Positions 19,555 to 29,328 of a stretch of DNA of 64,000 nt are shown piece after piece. The notes under the pieces were generated by a model. The model did not search any database, was not told where the DNA came from, and saw only the letters and a list, made by a program, of their open reading frames with translations. Origin of the DNA: Verrucomicrobiaceae bacterium. GTDB taxonomy: Bacteria; Verrucomicrobiota; Verrucomicrobiia; Verrucomicrobiales; Akkermansiaceae. Position numbers and translations under genes: made by a program. Numbering within the stretch: position 1 is the stretch's first letter; each line of letters starts with the position of its first letter. The DNA lies in NCBI GenBank assembly GCA_051252135.1, contig JBPOGH010000002.1, positions 128,001-192,000 on the forward strand, given 5' to 3'.

Positions 19555-20748
19555 TTAATCCGGCTTTTTGGGGTGGGTGAGCTGGAAACGTTCTTCTTTT
19601 AGCTGCTGGGCGGGGACGAGTCGGGTGAGGAGGGTTTGGTAGGGGGAATCGGGGTAGGCGCGGGCGGCGTAGCGGAGGTGGGGGGCGAGGGCGCGGGGGT
19701 CGAGGCGGGAGATTTGTTTGTGTTTCCACTCCGAGGGGTCTTTGGCGAAGGGGAGGAGCCAGTCGAGGGCAGTGCGGAGGGTGCTTTGATCGGGGGAGGG
19801 GTGGTTCCAGAGGTCCGTATCGAGGTGTTCGGCGAGGCGGGCGGTGGTGAAGAAGCCGTGGAGGTTCATGAGGGAGTAGCTCCAGGATTTGGTGCGGGCG
19901 AGCTCGTGCGGCTGTGAGCCATCGGGTTGAATTTGGGAGGGGAGGCGTTTTTTAGTTTCGTTGAGGATATGGCGGGCGAGATCCTGTTGGCCGGTGTAGA
20001 GGGCGAAGGTGAGGCATTGGGTGTCATACCAGGTGCCGTGGTTGTTTCTTTGTCTGCGTTCATCGAGGCCGTTTTTGCTGGTGCGGAGCCAATGGAGGTA
20101 GTCGGCGAACCAGGAGCGGAGTGCTTGGGCGTCGGCGGGTGTCCAGGATTTGGAATTTTCGAGGAGGATGGCGGAGTCGACGACCCGGATGAGGCAGACG
20201 GTATCGATGATGCCGATGCCGCGTCCTTTTGATTTTCCGGGGATGGCCTGGCCGAAGTTGAGGTTGGGGTTCATGCGGGTTTCTGGGTTGAGAAACCAGG
20301 TGCGGAGGAGGGTGGTGGCGTGGGTGGCGTAGTCTTCCCGTCCGGTGAAGTAGTGGGCGAGGGCGAGGGTGGCGGTGGCTTTGGCGGTTTTGGAGAGGCC
20401 GACGTTGTCGTAGTTTCCGCGCTCGGGGTTTACTTTGCCATCGCGGCGGATGTAGGGGAGGCCGTCGGCTTTTTTGGGGTCGGGCCACCAGTAGGGCCCG
20501 ACGCTGAGGTAGTCGTGCTTGTCACCGCTGGGCGGGGTGATTTTTTTGGAGGTGACGGTCCAGGGGCCGCTGCGGAGGGCGATTTTGGCGTCATTTTTGA
20601 GCTCCGTGAGGGCGGGGTGGTGGAAAGAGTCGGGGGAGGCGAGGCCTTGGCGGACGAGGGCCATGCCGGGGCCATCGTAGACGAGGGTCTGCGGGGCGGG
20701 GGTGGCGGGGAGTTGGAGGAGGGCGAGGAGAAAGAGGGGGAGGCGCAC
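19555..20748 (-). CDS. Alginate lyase family protein (PF05426-like, alpha/alpha-toroid)
   Basis: 'PPSGDKHDYLSVGPYWWPDP', 'YIRRDGKVNPE', 'NNHGTWY', 'QPHELART'; signal peptide. Confidence 0.85.
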   Translation of the reverse strand: MRLPLFLLALLQLPATPAPQTLVYDGPGMALVRQGLASPDSFHHPALTELKNDAKIALRSGPWTVTSKKITPPSGDKHDYLSVGPYWWPDPKKADGLPYIRRDGKVNPERGNYDNVGLSKTAKATATLALAHYFTGREDYATHATTLLRTWFLNPETRMNPNLNFGQAIPGKSKGRGIGIIDTVCLIRVVDSAILLENSKSWTPADAQALRSWFADYLHWLRTSKNGLDERRQRNNHGTWYDTQCLTFALYTGQQDLARHILNETKKRLPSQIQPDGSQPHELARTKSWSYSLMNLHGFFTTARLAEHLDTDLWNHPSPDQSTLRTALDWLLPFAKDPSEWKHKQISRLDPRALAPHLRYAARAYPDSPYQTLLTRLVPAQQLKEERFQLTHPKKPD

Positions 20749-20754
20749 GGATGT

Positions 20755-21435
20755 TTAGAGTTCTTTGATGAAGATGTTGCGCCACTGCATGGGGGCGCCG
20801 TGGGTTTGGAGCTGGATGGGTCCGGAGGCGGGAAGGGGGCCTTTTTTGTCGAAGTAGTTATGGAGTTTGGCTTGATCGACGACGGTTTTGCCATTGAGGA
20901 TGACGGTGACTTTTTCACCGATGAGGCGGACGGTCATGGCGTTCCATTGGCCGAGGGGTTTGTCGGCGTGGACGAGGGGGTCTTTGCCGGGGGAGCCTGC
21001 GGGGTTGTTCCAGAGGCCGCCGGATCCTTTGGCGGCGCCGTGCTTGAGGGCGGGGCTGGTTTCCTTGGTGGTGTCCCAGATTTGGACCTGGGGGATGCCG
21101 CGGAGGTAGATGCCGCTGTCGGCTTTGGGGTCGAGTTTGTATTCGAGGCGGAGTTCGAAGTCGGCGAAGTTTTTTTCGGTGGTGAGGAAGAGTCCGTGTC
21201 CGTCGTTGTGGATGATGCTGTCTTTGACGGCCCAGTGTTGGCGGATGTCATTGAGGCTCTTTTTTTTCTTTTCGGCGAGTTGTTCGGGGGGAAGAGCCAA
21301 GTATTTGGAAGGGTCCTCGGTGGCGGCGCCCCACCATCCGGAGAGGTCTTTGCCATTGAACAAGGGTTTGAAGCCATCGGGGAGGGCAGAAAGGGAGGCG
21401 GAGAGGGCCAAGGTGAGTGCGAGGAATCGGAGCAT
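20755..21435 (-). CDS. DUF1080 (3-keto-disaccharide hydrolase-like) secreted protein
   Basis: 'LFNGKDLSGW', 'DSGIYLRG', 'GQWN', 'GPIQLQTHG...WRNIFIKEL'. Confidence 0.9.
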   Translation of the reverse strand: MLRFLALTLALSASLSALPDGFKPLFNGKDLSGWWGAATEDPSKYLALPPEQLAEKKKKSLNDIRQHWAVKDSIIHNDGHGLFLTTEKNFADFELRLEYKLDPKADSGIYLRGIPQVQIWDTTKETSPALKHGAAKGSGGLWNNPAGSPGKDPLVHADKPLGQWNAMTVRLIGEKVTVILNGKTVVDQAKLHNYFDKKGPLPASGPIQLQTHGAPMQWRNIFIKEL

Positions 21436-21569
21436 GGGCAGGGATACGGTGGCGGGGGAGGTTTCTTATCTTGGGAGGGCATTGTTTGGAAAAAGGAGGC
21501 GATTTGTGAAAAATGAATTCGAATAGACAGATCGGGAATAATGGGCGACCTTGACGCTCCAATTAACGA

Positions 21570-22529
21570 ATGATGAAAACGTCCTCTCTCTTTGCCGCTC
21601 TTGCCCTTCTTTCCACTTCTCTCACCTACGCGGCCGGCGAGGGATGGATGCATGACTTCGAAGCAGCCAAGAAGAAAGCTGCTGCTGAGAAGAAAGATTT
21701 GCTGGTCGATGCGACCGGGTCCGATTGGTGCCACTGGTGCATCAAGCTCAATGAGGAGGTTTTTTCGAAGGACGCCTTTAAAAAGGGAGTGGCTGACAAG
21801 TATGTGTTGGTGGAGCTCGATTATCCCCGGGATAAATCGAAGCTGAGCGATGAGACGATTGCACAGAATGAGAAGCTCATGGAAACCTACCAGTTCCAGG
21901 GGTTCCCCACGATCATGCTGATGGATGCGGAGGGGCGTCCGTATGCGAAGACCGGTTATCAAAAGGGTGGCGCGGAGTCTTATGTCGCTCATCTGGACGA
22001 GCTCCAGGAGAAGAAGGCGGTCCGCGATGCGGCGCTGGAGAAGGCCGGGAAGCTTGAAGGAGTCGAGAAGGCCAAGGCTTTGGTCGGTGTGCTGGAAGTG
22101 ATTCCCGAGGGGCAGGCTGCAAGCTACGGGAACCTTGCCGAGCAGATTACGGCGAACGATCCGGAAGATGTGACGGGGTTTGGGGCCAAGTTGAAGCGTG
22201 AGCAAGCCGAGCAGAAGCTCGAGGAAGTGATCGGGGCGGCGATGCAGGCCGGCAAGACGGGTGAAGCGTTGGCGGCGATTGATGCCCACATTTCCGAGTT
22301 TAAGATCGAGGGAGTGGAGAAGCAGCAGTCGCTGAGTATCAAGTTCAACATTTTGATGCAGGGTAAGGATTTTGATGCTGCGGGGAAGGTTTTGGATGAG
22401 GTGATCGCGATCGATCCCGAGAGCCCGATGGGCAAGGGAGCGGCCGGATTTAAGCCGAGATTTGAGAAAATGAAGGCGGAAGCGGCTGCGGCAGCGAGTC
22501 CGGAAGTGGAGGAGAAGGTCGGCGAGTAA
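21570..22529 (+). CDS. Periplasmic thioredoxin-family protein (DsbH-like) with helical C-terminal extension
   Basis: Signal peptide; 'TGSDWCHWCIKL'; cis-Pro loop 'GFPT'. Confidence 0.88.
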   Translation: MMKTSSLFAALALLSTSLTYAAGEGWMHDFEAAKKKAAAEKKDLLVDATGSDWCHWCIKLNEEVFSKDAFKKGVADKYVLVELDYPRDKSKLSDETIAQNEKLMETYQFQGFPTIMLMDAEGRPYAKTGYQKGGAESYVAHLDELQEKKAVRDAALEKAGKLEGVEKAKALVGVLEVIPEGQAASYGNLAEQITANDPEDVTGFGAKLKREQAEQKLEEVIGAAMQAGKTGEALAAIDAHISEFKIEGVEKQQSLSIKFNILMQGKDFDAAGKVLDEVIAIDPESPMGKGAAGFKPRFEKMKAEAAAAASPEVEEKVGE

Positions 22530-22553
22530 AGCGACGGTCCGATTTCTGTAAAT

Positions 22554-22588
22554 GCTCGTTGCGGCGCTGCCGTGGCGGGCTTTTTTTT
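22554..22588 (+). terminator. Rho-independent terminator
   Basis: GCTCGTTGCGGC-gct-GCCGTGGCGGGC (with G-U pairs) followed by T8. Confidence 0.65.
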
Positions 22589-22685
22589 GGTTGAGGGTGA
22601 GAGGAGAGGAGGGGTGCGATTTTTTTTTGCAAAGAAGGTGCGGGGAGGGACATTTCCCCCGCTCAGACCCGAATATCATCCAATC

Positions 22686-23396
22686 ATGAAATCAACCTTA
22701 GGCCTGAGTGCCCTCCTTGTGACCGTATTGCTGCCCTCCCAGGGGGCGGTGATTGCCCAACATTCATCCGAATTCAACGCGACAACCCCGGGAGCGGGTT
22801 GGAGCTATCTGTGGAACCCAACGGGTTTCGATGTCGGTGATTCCGCAAATTACCAAGCATTGGCTGCCAACGGAACCACTCGGGTGACCGTGGGTGGTGC
22901 TGCTACCGGGAATTCCGGGCCAACCAATGCGGAATTTCTTAATATTGCAGGAACGTCCGTTCATCCCGGCAACGGACCGGATGGATCGGGAACCGATGCC
23001 TTCGATCACGCGGCCATTATCGGCTACACCGTTCAGGCTGGTGAGGCGGGTAATCTCTCGATTATCAATTCCAATGCGAATCGCAATGGCCAGTTTGGCG
23101 GTGGAGACGGAACGGGCATCAGCGTGTATCTGGGGGATGTGCTGATTAACTCGGTGCTGGTGCCGAAGGCTACCGACGGATCGACTCCGGGGACAGCGAG
23201 CTTTAACTTCTCGATCGGTAACGTTGCGGAAGGGGAGACTATCTACATCGCGGTGACTCCTTTGGGCCACCCCGGACAAGATGGCCTGAGTTCTTTCGAT
23301 TTCCAGATTGATTCGGCAGCGATTCCGGAGCCCAGTTCAGCACTTATTTTGAGTGTGGCGGGTCTCGGATTGATTGGACGACGCAAGCGTTCCTAG
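22686..23396 (+). CDS. PEP-CTERM protein-sorting domain protein
   Basis: Signal peptide MKSTLGLSALL...; C-terminal IPEPSSALILSVAGLGLIGRRKRS. Confidence 0.9.
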   Translation: MKSTLGLSALLVTVLLPSQGAVIAQHSSEFNATTPGAGWSYLWNPTGFDVGDSANYQALAANGTTRVTVGGAATGNSGPTNAEFLNIAGTSVHPGNGPDGSGTDAFDHAAIIGYTVQAGEAGNLSIINSNANRNGQFGGGDGTGISVYLGDVLINSVLVPKATDGSTPGTASFNFSIGNVAEGETIYIAVTPLGHPGQDGLSSFDFQIDSAAIPEPSSALILSVAGLGLIGRRKRS

Positions 23397-23422
23397 ATTG
23401 TCCTTTTACAATTACTTTCAAG

Positions 23423-23454
23423 AAGCGGAGGCAGTTCCTGTCTCCGCTTTTTTT
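23423..23454 (+). terminator. Rho-independent terminator
   Basis: AAGCGGAGGCAG-ttc-CTGTCTCCGCTT followed by a T run. Confidence 0.8.
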
Positions 23455-23620
23455 GTAGCGTGATCCAATCATGCCCTGAGGTAAGGGGTTTTGAGTGGTT
23501 TGTGGTGAAAATCGAAAATTAGCCCTGAAAACAGGGTTCAATTGTCGTTAGATTCTTCCTTCGTGGGCAGTGGTCCGGTGAACGCGCCGCTTTCCGACTC
23601 TTCTTCAGCAAAAACGACCT

Positions 23621-24772
23621 ATGATTGAGTGTATCCGAACCTACCGCCTGCAGCATCAGCTGGATGAGCCCTTTGGCTTTTCGCAGTGGCATTATGATGT
23701 GCGGAACGCGCTGCTGGTGGAGGTGGTGGATAGCTCGGGGGCGAGTGGTTGGGGGGAGTGTTACGGGCCGAGCGAGGTGACGCAGTGCGGGATTAGCTCC
23801 TTTTATGCGCCGCTTCTGATGGGCTGGGACCCGTTGAAGAATGAGGCGGCGTGGCAGCATTGCTGGCGGGCGTCGCTGGATTTTGCGCGGAAGGGGATCA
23901 TGATGGGGGCGATGTCGGGGCTGGATATGGCGCTGCTCGATCTCAAGGGGAAGCTGCTGGGAGTCTCGGTGAGCGAGCTGATGGGCGGTCGGGTGCGCGA
24001 TGAGGTGGATTGTTATGCCACGGGGATGTATTTTGCGAAGATTTCGGACAGCGACCTGCTGGATAAGATTTTGAAAGAGGCGGCGGTTTATGTGGGGCAG
24101 GGTTACGGGGCGCTGAAGATCAAGGTGGGGAAGAATTTGCCCTTCGATAAGCAGCTGGTGGCGGAGATGCGGCGGACCTTTCCGGAGACGACGTTGATGG
24201 CGGACTCGAATCATGCTTATGATTTGAATGAGGCGATCGAGGTGGGCCGGGTGATCGATGAGAACAATTACTCGTGGTTCGAAGAGCCGCTCTCGCCGAA
24301 TCATGCGGGGATGTTTCGTCAACTGGCGGACAAGCTGGATGTGCCGATTGCGACGGGCGAGTGCGAGCAGACGCGCTGGGGCTTTCAGGATTTGCTTTCA
24401 AAAGGGGGGGTGAGCATTGCGCAGCCGGACCTTGCTTATTGTGGCGGGCCGACCGAGGCGGTGAAGATTCGCAATATTGCGTCGTCGCTGGGCATCAATG
24501 TGGTGCCGCATGCCTGGGGGACGATGTTGAACCTCGCGAGCGCGAGTCATTTCCTCGCTTCCGCCTATGTTGAGCCGGGTCGGGCCGAGGTGGTTTCGCC
24601 GATGCTGGAGGTCGACCGGACGGAGAATCCGCTGCGGGACGAGCTTTACTCGACCACGCTGGAGATCGCGAACGGGAAGGCGAAGATTCCGACGGGTCCG
24701 GGATTGGGAGTGGTGGTGGATGAGCCGGCGATGAAGAAATTTTGCATTCAAGAAACGGAAAAAAGCGCATGA
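23621..24772 (+). CDS. Mandelate racemase/enolase-superfamily enzyme; probable 3,6-anhydro-galactonate cycloisomerase (DauB-like)
   Basis: 'GWGE', KxK 'LKIKVG', 'DSNHAY', 'WFEEP', 'TGECE', 'PH'; operon context with ALDH, aldolase, kinase and GH127. Confidence 0.8.
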   Translation: MIECIRTYRLQHQLDEPFGFSQWHYDVRNALLVEVVDSSGASGWGECYGPSEVTQCGISSFYAPLLMGWDPLKNEAAWQHCWRASLDFARKGIMMGAMSGLDMALLDLKGKLLGVSVSELMGGRVRDEVDCYATGMYFAKISDSDLLDKILKEAAVYVGQGYGALKIKVGKNLPFDKQLVAEMRRTFPETTLMADSNHAYDLNEAIEVGRVIDENNYSWFEEPLSPNHAGMFRQLADKLDVPIATGECEQTRWGFQDLLSKGGVSIAQPDLAYCGGPTEAVKIRNIASSLGINVVPHAWGTMLNLASASHFLASAYVEPGRAEVVSPMLEVDRTENPLRDELYSTTLEIANGKAKIPTGPGLGVVVDEPAMKKFCIQETEKSA

Positions 24773-26160
24773 AAAGTTACCCCATGTTAATCAACGGTGA
24801 GACTGTTGAGACGGAAGATAAGATCGAGGTGATCAACCCCGCGACGGGCGAGGTGGTTGGGCAGGTGTCCAACATCGGGGAGGACGGCATTCAGGCTTCG
24901 CTGAAGGCGGCAAAGGCGGGCTTTGAGGTGTGGTCGAAGACGAGTCCGGCGGAGCGGAAGGAGAAGATTTTGCGCTACGCCGATTTGCTGGAGGCGAATC
25001 AGGACCGCTTGGTGGATTTGTTGATTTCGGAGACGGGGAAGCCTCGGGACAATGCGGAGTATGACTTCGGGATGCTGACGACTTGCTTGCGCTTTTTCGT
25101 GGAGGAATATGAGCGTCTGGATCAGCCGGTGCTGCACGATCCCGAGGGTCGATTTTTGCACTACGTCTTGCGTCAGCCCTTGGGTGTCGCGGTGGGCTTT
25201 TTGGCGTGGAATTTCCCGCTGCTGAACATTGGTTATAAATTGGGGCCGGTTCTGGCGGCGGGTTGCAGTGCGGTGATCAAGCCGTCGACTGAGACGCCGC
25301 TAGCTTCGCTGAAAGCGGCGCATCTCGCGACCGAGGCCGGGATTCCGGCGGGGGTGGTGAATGTCATCACGTGTAAGGATCACGACGTGACGCGCGGGCT
25401 TTTGGAGAGCGATATTCCGTCGTTGGTGACGATGATTGGTTCGACGGGTGCGGGTCTCAAGGTGATGGGTGATTCTTGCTCGAGCATTAAGCATTTTTCG
25501 GTGGAGCTTGGTGGCAATGCGCCGGTGGTGGTCTATCCCGATGCCGACATTCGTGATGCCGCGAACAAGGTGGTGGATTTGAAATTTGCGAACTGCGGTC
25601 AGGTCTGTGTTTCGCCGAATCGCTGCTTCGTGCACGAGTCGGTGTATGAAGAATTTGTGACGTGCGCCGTTGAGCGTGCGGCGGAGACCACGATGGGTCC
25701 GCTTGCGAATGACAAGGCGCGGCAGTCGGTGCTTTCGCTGGTGGCGTCATCGGTGGCGGATGGGGCGAAGATTGCCCACGGTGGCGATGCGGTGGAGGGT
25801 AAAGGTTTCTTCATGGAGCCGACGATCATGCGCGACGTGACGACCGGGATGGCGCTCGCGAAGGATGAAATTTTTGGACCGGTGCTGCCCATTATTTCCT
25901 ACAGCGATAGCGATGATGAGATCGCGCTCGCGAACGATACGATCTACGGTCTCGCGGCTTATGTTTTCACCTCGAATTTGAAGAATGGCCTCCGCGCCGC
26001 TCGGGATATTCAAGCGGGAAGCGTGTGCGTGAACGAGCCGCATTACTCGGTGCAGCTGCCACACGGTGGTCTCAAGCAGAGTGGCGTGGGCAAGGATTGC
26101 TCGCGTTATAGCCTGGAAGAATATTTGACACTGAAGCGGGTGTCGGTGGCGATTGATTAA
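24769..26160 (+). CDS. Aldehyde dehydrogenase; probable 3,6-anhydro-galactose dehydrogenase (DauA-like)
   Basis: 'AWNFP', 'KPS', 'ELGGNAP', 'CGQVCVS' catalytic Cys, 'EIFGPV'; ATGA-coupled to upstream gene. Confidence 0.85.
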   Translation: MKSYPMLINGETVETEDKIEVINPATGEVVGQVSNIGEDGIQASLKAAKAGFEVWSKTSPAERKEKILRYADLLEANQDRLVDLLISETGKPRDNAEYDFGMLTTCLRFFVEEYERLDQPVLHDPEGRFLHYVLRQPLGVAVGFLAWNFPLLNIGYKLGPVLAAGCSAVIKPSTETPLASLKAAHLATEAGIPAGVVNVITCKDHDVTRGLLESDIPSLVTMIGSTGAGLKVMGDSCSSIKHFSVELGGNAPVVVYPDADIRDAANKVVDLKFANCGQVCVSPNRCFVHESVYEEFVTCAVERAAETTMGPLANDKARQSVLSLVASSVADGAKIAHGGDAVEGKGFFMEPTIMRDVTTGMALAKDEIFGPVLPIISYSDSDDEIALANDTIYGLAAYVFTSNLKNGLRAARDIQAGSVCVNEPHYSVQLPHGGLKQSGVGKDCSRYSLEEYLTLKRVSVAID

Positions 26161-26168
26161 CTATTTAG

Positions 26169-26822
26169 ATGATGAGTGCATTTCCTGAGGAACTTTTAAA
26201 TCACCTTGAGAGCCGTGGCGTGGTCGCGGGATTCTCGGTGGAAAAAATCGAGCACGCGGTGCCGCTGGCGAAAGCTTTGCTGGCGGGTGGGATCGATGTC
26301 ATCGAATTGACCTTGCGGACGTCGATCGGCTTGGACGCGGTGAAATTGATTGCCGACGAAGTGCCGGAAATGGTGGTGGGCGTCGGAACGATTCTCACTC
26401 CTGAAACGGCGGTGGCGGTGAAGGAAGCGGGTGGGCATTTCGGAGTCGCACCGGGGATGAATGCGCGGGTGGTGAAGGCGGCGCAGGAAGCGGGCCTTCC
26501 GTTTGCGCCGGGGATTTGCACGCCCTCGGATTTGGAAGCGGCGATTGAATTGGGTTGTCGTTTCGTGAAGTTTTTTCCGGCCGAGGCATCGGGTGGGCTG
26601 ACCTACTTGAAAAGCATGGCTGCTCCTTACAACCACCTTGGGATTCGCTACTTCCCGCTGGGCGGGGTGAACTCGGAGAACATGATCGACTACCTCGCGG
26701 AGGACATTGTTCCGACGGTGGGTGGAACCTGGATTGTGTCGAAGGATTTGGTTCAGAATGAAGATTGGGCCGGGATTACGGCTGCGGCTGAAAAAGTCAT
26801 CAACACCTTAAAGAAATCATGA
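26169..26822 (+). CDS. eda: 2-keto-3-deoxy-6-phosphogluconate/galactonate aldolase (Eda/DauD-like)
   Basis: 'IELTLRT', 'GVGTIL', 'PGICTPSD', 'KFFPAE', 'PLGGVN'. Confidence 0.88.
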   Translation: MMSAFPEELLNHLESRGVVAGFSVEKIEHAVPLAKALLAGGIDVIELTLRTSIGLDAVKLIADEVPEMVVGVGTILTPETAVAVKEAGGHFGVAPGMNARVVKAAQEAGLPFAPGICTPSDLEAAIELGCRFVKFFPAEASGGLTYLKSMAAPYNHLGIRYFPLGGVNSENMIDYLAEDIVPTVGGTWIVSKDLVQNEDWAGITAAAEKVINTLKKS

Positions 26823-27910
26823 GCAACATCGTTGTTACCTTTGGAGAAATCATGGGCCGGATGGCGGCGCAGGATCATTTGCGTCTGCGGCAGTCGCATG
26901 TTCTTGAAGTCACCTATGCGGGCGCGGAAGCGAGTGTGGCGGCTTCGATTTGTAATTTCGGGGGCAAGGCGCGTTACGTGACGGCGTTGCCGAAGCATGC
27001 GCTGGCGGAAGCGACGATGGACGCGGTGCGCCGGGTGGGGATTGATACCAATTTTGTGCTTCGCACGGACAGGGGGCGGCTGGGACTTTACTTCCTGGAG
27101 ACGGGGGCGAACCAGCGTCCGAGCAACGTGATTTATGATCGTGAGGACTCGGCGATCGCGATCACGCCTGCCGAGAAATATGACTGGGCGGGCATTTTTG
27201 AAGGGGCGTCGTGGCTGCATCTTTCCGGGATCACGCCGGCGCTGTCGAAGAATGCGGCGGAGGCGACTTTGGTGGCGGCGCAGAAGGCTCAAGAGGCGGG
27301 GGCGACGGTGTCGATTGATTTGAACTTCCGAGGGAAGCTTTGGAATTGGCATGAGTCGAAGTCGGGCCGCGAGTTGGCTCAGGAGGTGATGCGCGGGATT
27401 TTGCCGTTTGTGGATGTGGTGATTGCGAATGAAGAGGATTGCTATGACGTGCTCGGAATTCGGGCGGGAGAGACTGACGTGCATTCCGGTGCTCTGGATG
27501 TGTCACGCTATCCCGATGTGGCCCGTCAGGTGGTGGAGCAGTTTCCGAACCTGAGTAAGGTGGCGATCACCTTGCGTGAGAGCATTTCAGCCGATCACAA
27601 CAACTGGGGCGCGATGCTTTATGATGCGGGATCGAAGAGTGCTTCCTTTGCGCCGCTCGATGCGGATGGAAATTACAGCTCGAATCAGATTCACAACATT
27701 GTCGATCGGGTCGGCGGAGGGGATTCCTTTGCAGGCGGGTTGATTTTTGCGCTGACGACGCCGGAGTTGAGCGAGCCGCAGACGGCGGTGAGGTATGCGG
27801 TGGCGGCTTCGACGCTGAAGCATTCGATCAAAGGTGATTTTAATTTTTCAACCCGTGGCGAAGTGGAGGCGCTGATGGGTGGTTCGGCTTCGGGGAGGGT
27901 GGTCCGGTAA
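26819..27910 (+). CDS. kdgK: PfkB-family 2-keto-3-deoxy-hexonate kinase (KdgK/DauC-like)
   Basis: 'VTFGEIMGR', 'GAEASVA', 'DLNFRGKLW', 'DRVGGGDSFAGG', 'LKHSIKGDFN'. Confidence 0.88.
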   Translation: MSNIVVTFGEIMGRMAAQDHLRLRQSHVLEVTYAGAEASVAASICNFGGKARYVTALPKHALAEATMDAVRRVGIDTNFVLRTDRGRLGLYFLETGANQRPSNVIYDREDSAIAITPAEKYDWAGIFEGASWLHLSGITPALSKNAAEATLVAAQKAQEAGATVSIDLNFRGKLWNWHESKSGRELAQEVMRGILPFVDVVIANEEDCYDVLGIRAGETDVHSGALDVSRYPDVARQVVEQFPNLSKVAITLRESISADHNNWGAMLYDAGSKSASFAPLDADGNYSSNQIHNIVDRVGGGDSFAGGLIFALTTPELSEPQTAVRYAVAASTLKHSIKGDFNFSTRGEVEALMGGSASGRVVR

Positions 27911-27920
27911 CTCTCGTTCT

Positions 27921-29309
27921 ATGACACGTTTTCTTTTCACTGTTTTCCTGGTTTTCGGGGTCTGTCAGGCTGCCGAGAAGCCGAACATTGTGTTGCTCTT
28001 TGCGGATGACGCGGGGTATGGCGATTTTGGGTTTCATGGGAGTGTGCATTTTAAGACGCCGCATTTGGATGAGCTTGCGGAATCGGGTGTGCGCTTGTCG
28101 CAGTTTTACGTGACCGGTGCCACTTGCGGGCCATCGCGGGCGGGGATGCTTTCGGGGAGATATCAGCAGCGCTTCGGGTACGAGGAGATCAACGTGCCGG
28201 GCATCATGAGTCCGAACAGCAAGTTTGATGGCGATGAGATGGGGCTGCCGACGGACCTGAAAACGATGGGGGACTATCTTCAGGATCAGGGCTATCACAC
28301 CGGGATTTTTGGGAAGTGGCACATGGGGGTGGCGGATCGCTTTCATCCGCTGAAGCGCGGTTTTGATGAGTTTTATGGGTTCCGTGGGGGAGCGCGGAGT
28401 TTTTACGCCTATCCGAGTCCGAAGAAGACGCCTCATGAAAATTGGATGGAGCGGGGCTTTGAGGATTACCGTGAGCATGAGGGTTACCTCACGAAGGTGC
28501 TGGCGGATGAGACCTGCAAGTTTATCGAGAAGGCGAAGGATCAGCCCTTTTTCGCTTTTGTGTCCTTCACGGCGGTGCACACGCCGATGGAGGCGGACAA
28601 GCAGGATGCGGACAAATTTCCCCAGCTTGATGGGGACCGTCGGATTGTGGCGCAGATGACGCTCTCGATGGATCGGGCATGTGGTCAGATCATGGCGAAG
28701 CTGAAGGAGCTGGGTTTGGCGGAAAACACGATCGTGGTTTTCACGAACGACAACGGTGGGCCGATGGATAAGAACGGGTCGAGCAATTATCCGTTCGCCG
28801 GAGTGAAGGCGACCCAGCTGGAGGGCGGGATTCGGGTGCCGGGTTTGATTTCCTGGCCGGCAAAGCTCCCGAAGGGTGCGGTCTACGACAAGCCGATGTC
28901 GACGCTGGATTTGATTCCGACATTTGTGAAGGCGGGCGGTGGTGAGCCGGAGAAAATTGAAGAGTTGGACGGGAAAGACATGGTTCCTTACCTGGTCGGG
29001 GAGAAGACGGAGCGACCTCACGAAACGCTTTACTGGAAGATGGAGACGCGCGGCGCGATTCGCGATGGTGATTGGAAGATGATGCGTTACCCGGACCGTC
29101 CGGTGGAGCTGTTCAACCTTGCGGAGGATCCGGCGGAGCAAACGAATCTGGCGGCCGAGAATCCGGACAAAGTGACGGAGCTCTACAAGAAGCTCTTTGC
29201 CTGGGAGATGGAATTGGAGCGGCCGATGTTCCTCCTTCGTCGTCAGGAAGAAGGCTGGTCTTCACGTCGTGCGACGGAATTCCGGAAGCCACCGGCGAAA
29301 GATTATTAA
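27921..29309 (+). CDS. Formylglycine-dependent sulfatase, resembles S1_19 carrageenan galactose-4-O-sulfatases
   Basis: Signal peptide; CxPxR 'TCGPSRAGMLSGR'; 'RFGYEEINVPG', 'HPLKRGFD', 'RYPDRP', recalled from S1_19 members and not verified by search. Confidence 0.85.
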   Translation: MTRFLFTVFLVFGVCQAAEKPNIVLLFADDAGYGDFGFHGSVHFKTPHLDELAESGVRLSQFYVTGATCGPSRAGMLSGRYQQRFGYEEINVPGIMSPNSKFDGDEMGLPTDLKTMGDYLQDQGYHTGIFGKWHMGVADRFHPLKRGFDEFYGFRGGARSFYAYPSPKKTPHENWMERGFEDYREHEGYLTKVLADETCKFIEKAKDQPFFAFVSFTAVHTPMEADKQDADKFPQLDGDRRIVAQMTLSMDRACGQIMAKLKELGLAENTIVVFTNDNGGPMDKNGSSNYPFAGVKATQLEGGIRVPGLISWPAKLPKGAVYDKPMSTLDLIPTFVKAGGGEPEKIEELDGKDMVPYLVGEKTERPHETLYWKMETRGAIRDGDWKMMRYPDRPVELFNLAEDPAEQTNLAAENPDKVTELYKKLFAWEMELERPMFLLRRQEEGWSSRRATEFRKPPAKDY

Positions 29310-29328
29310 TTCACGCACACACATATTC

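Noticed and set aside
18311..19729. Track start for lepB at 19729
   Set aside because: The extension overlaps the alginate lyase gene and is low-complexity. GTG 19501 has a promoter-like context.
21570..22529. Second selenoprotein candidate
   Set aside because: The active site is ordinary WCHWC encoded by TGC codons
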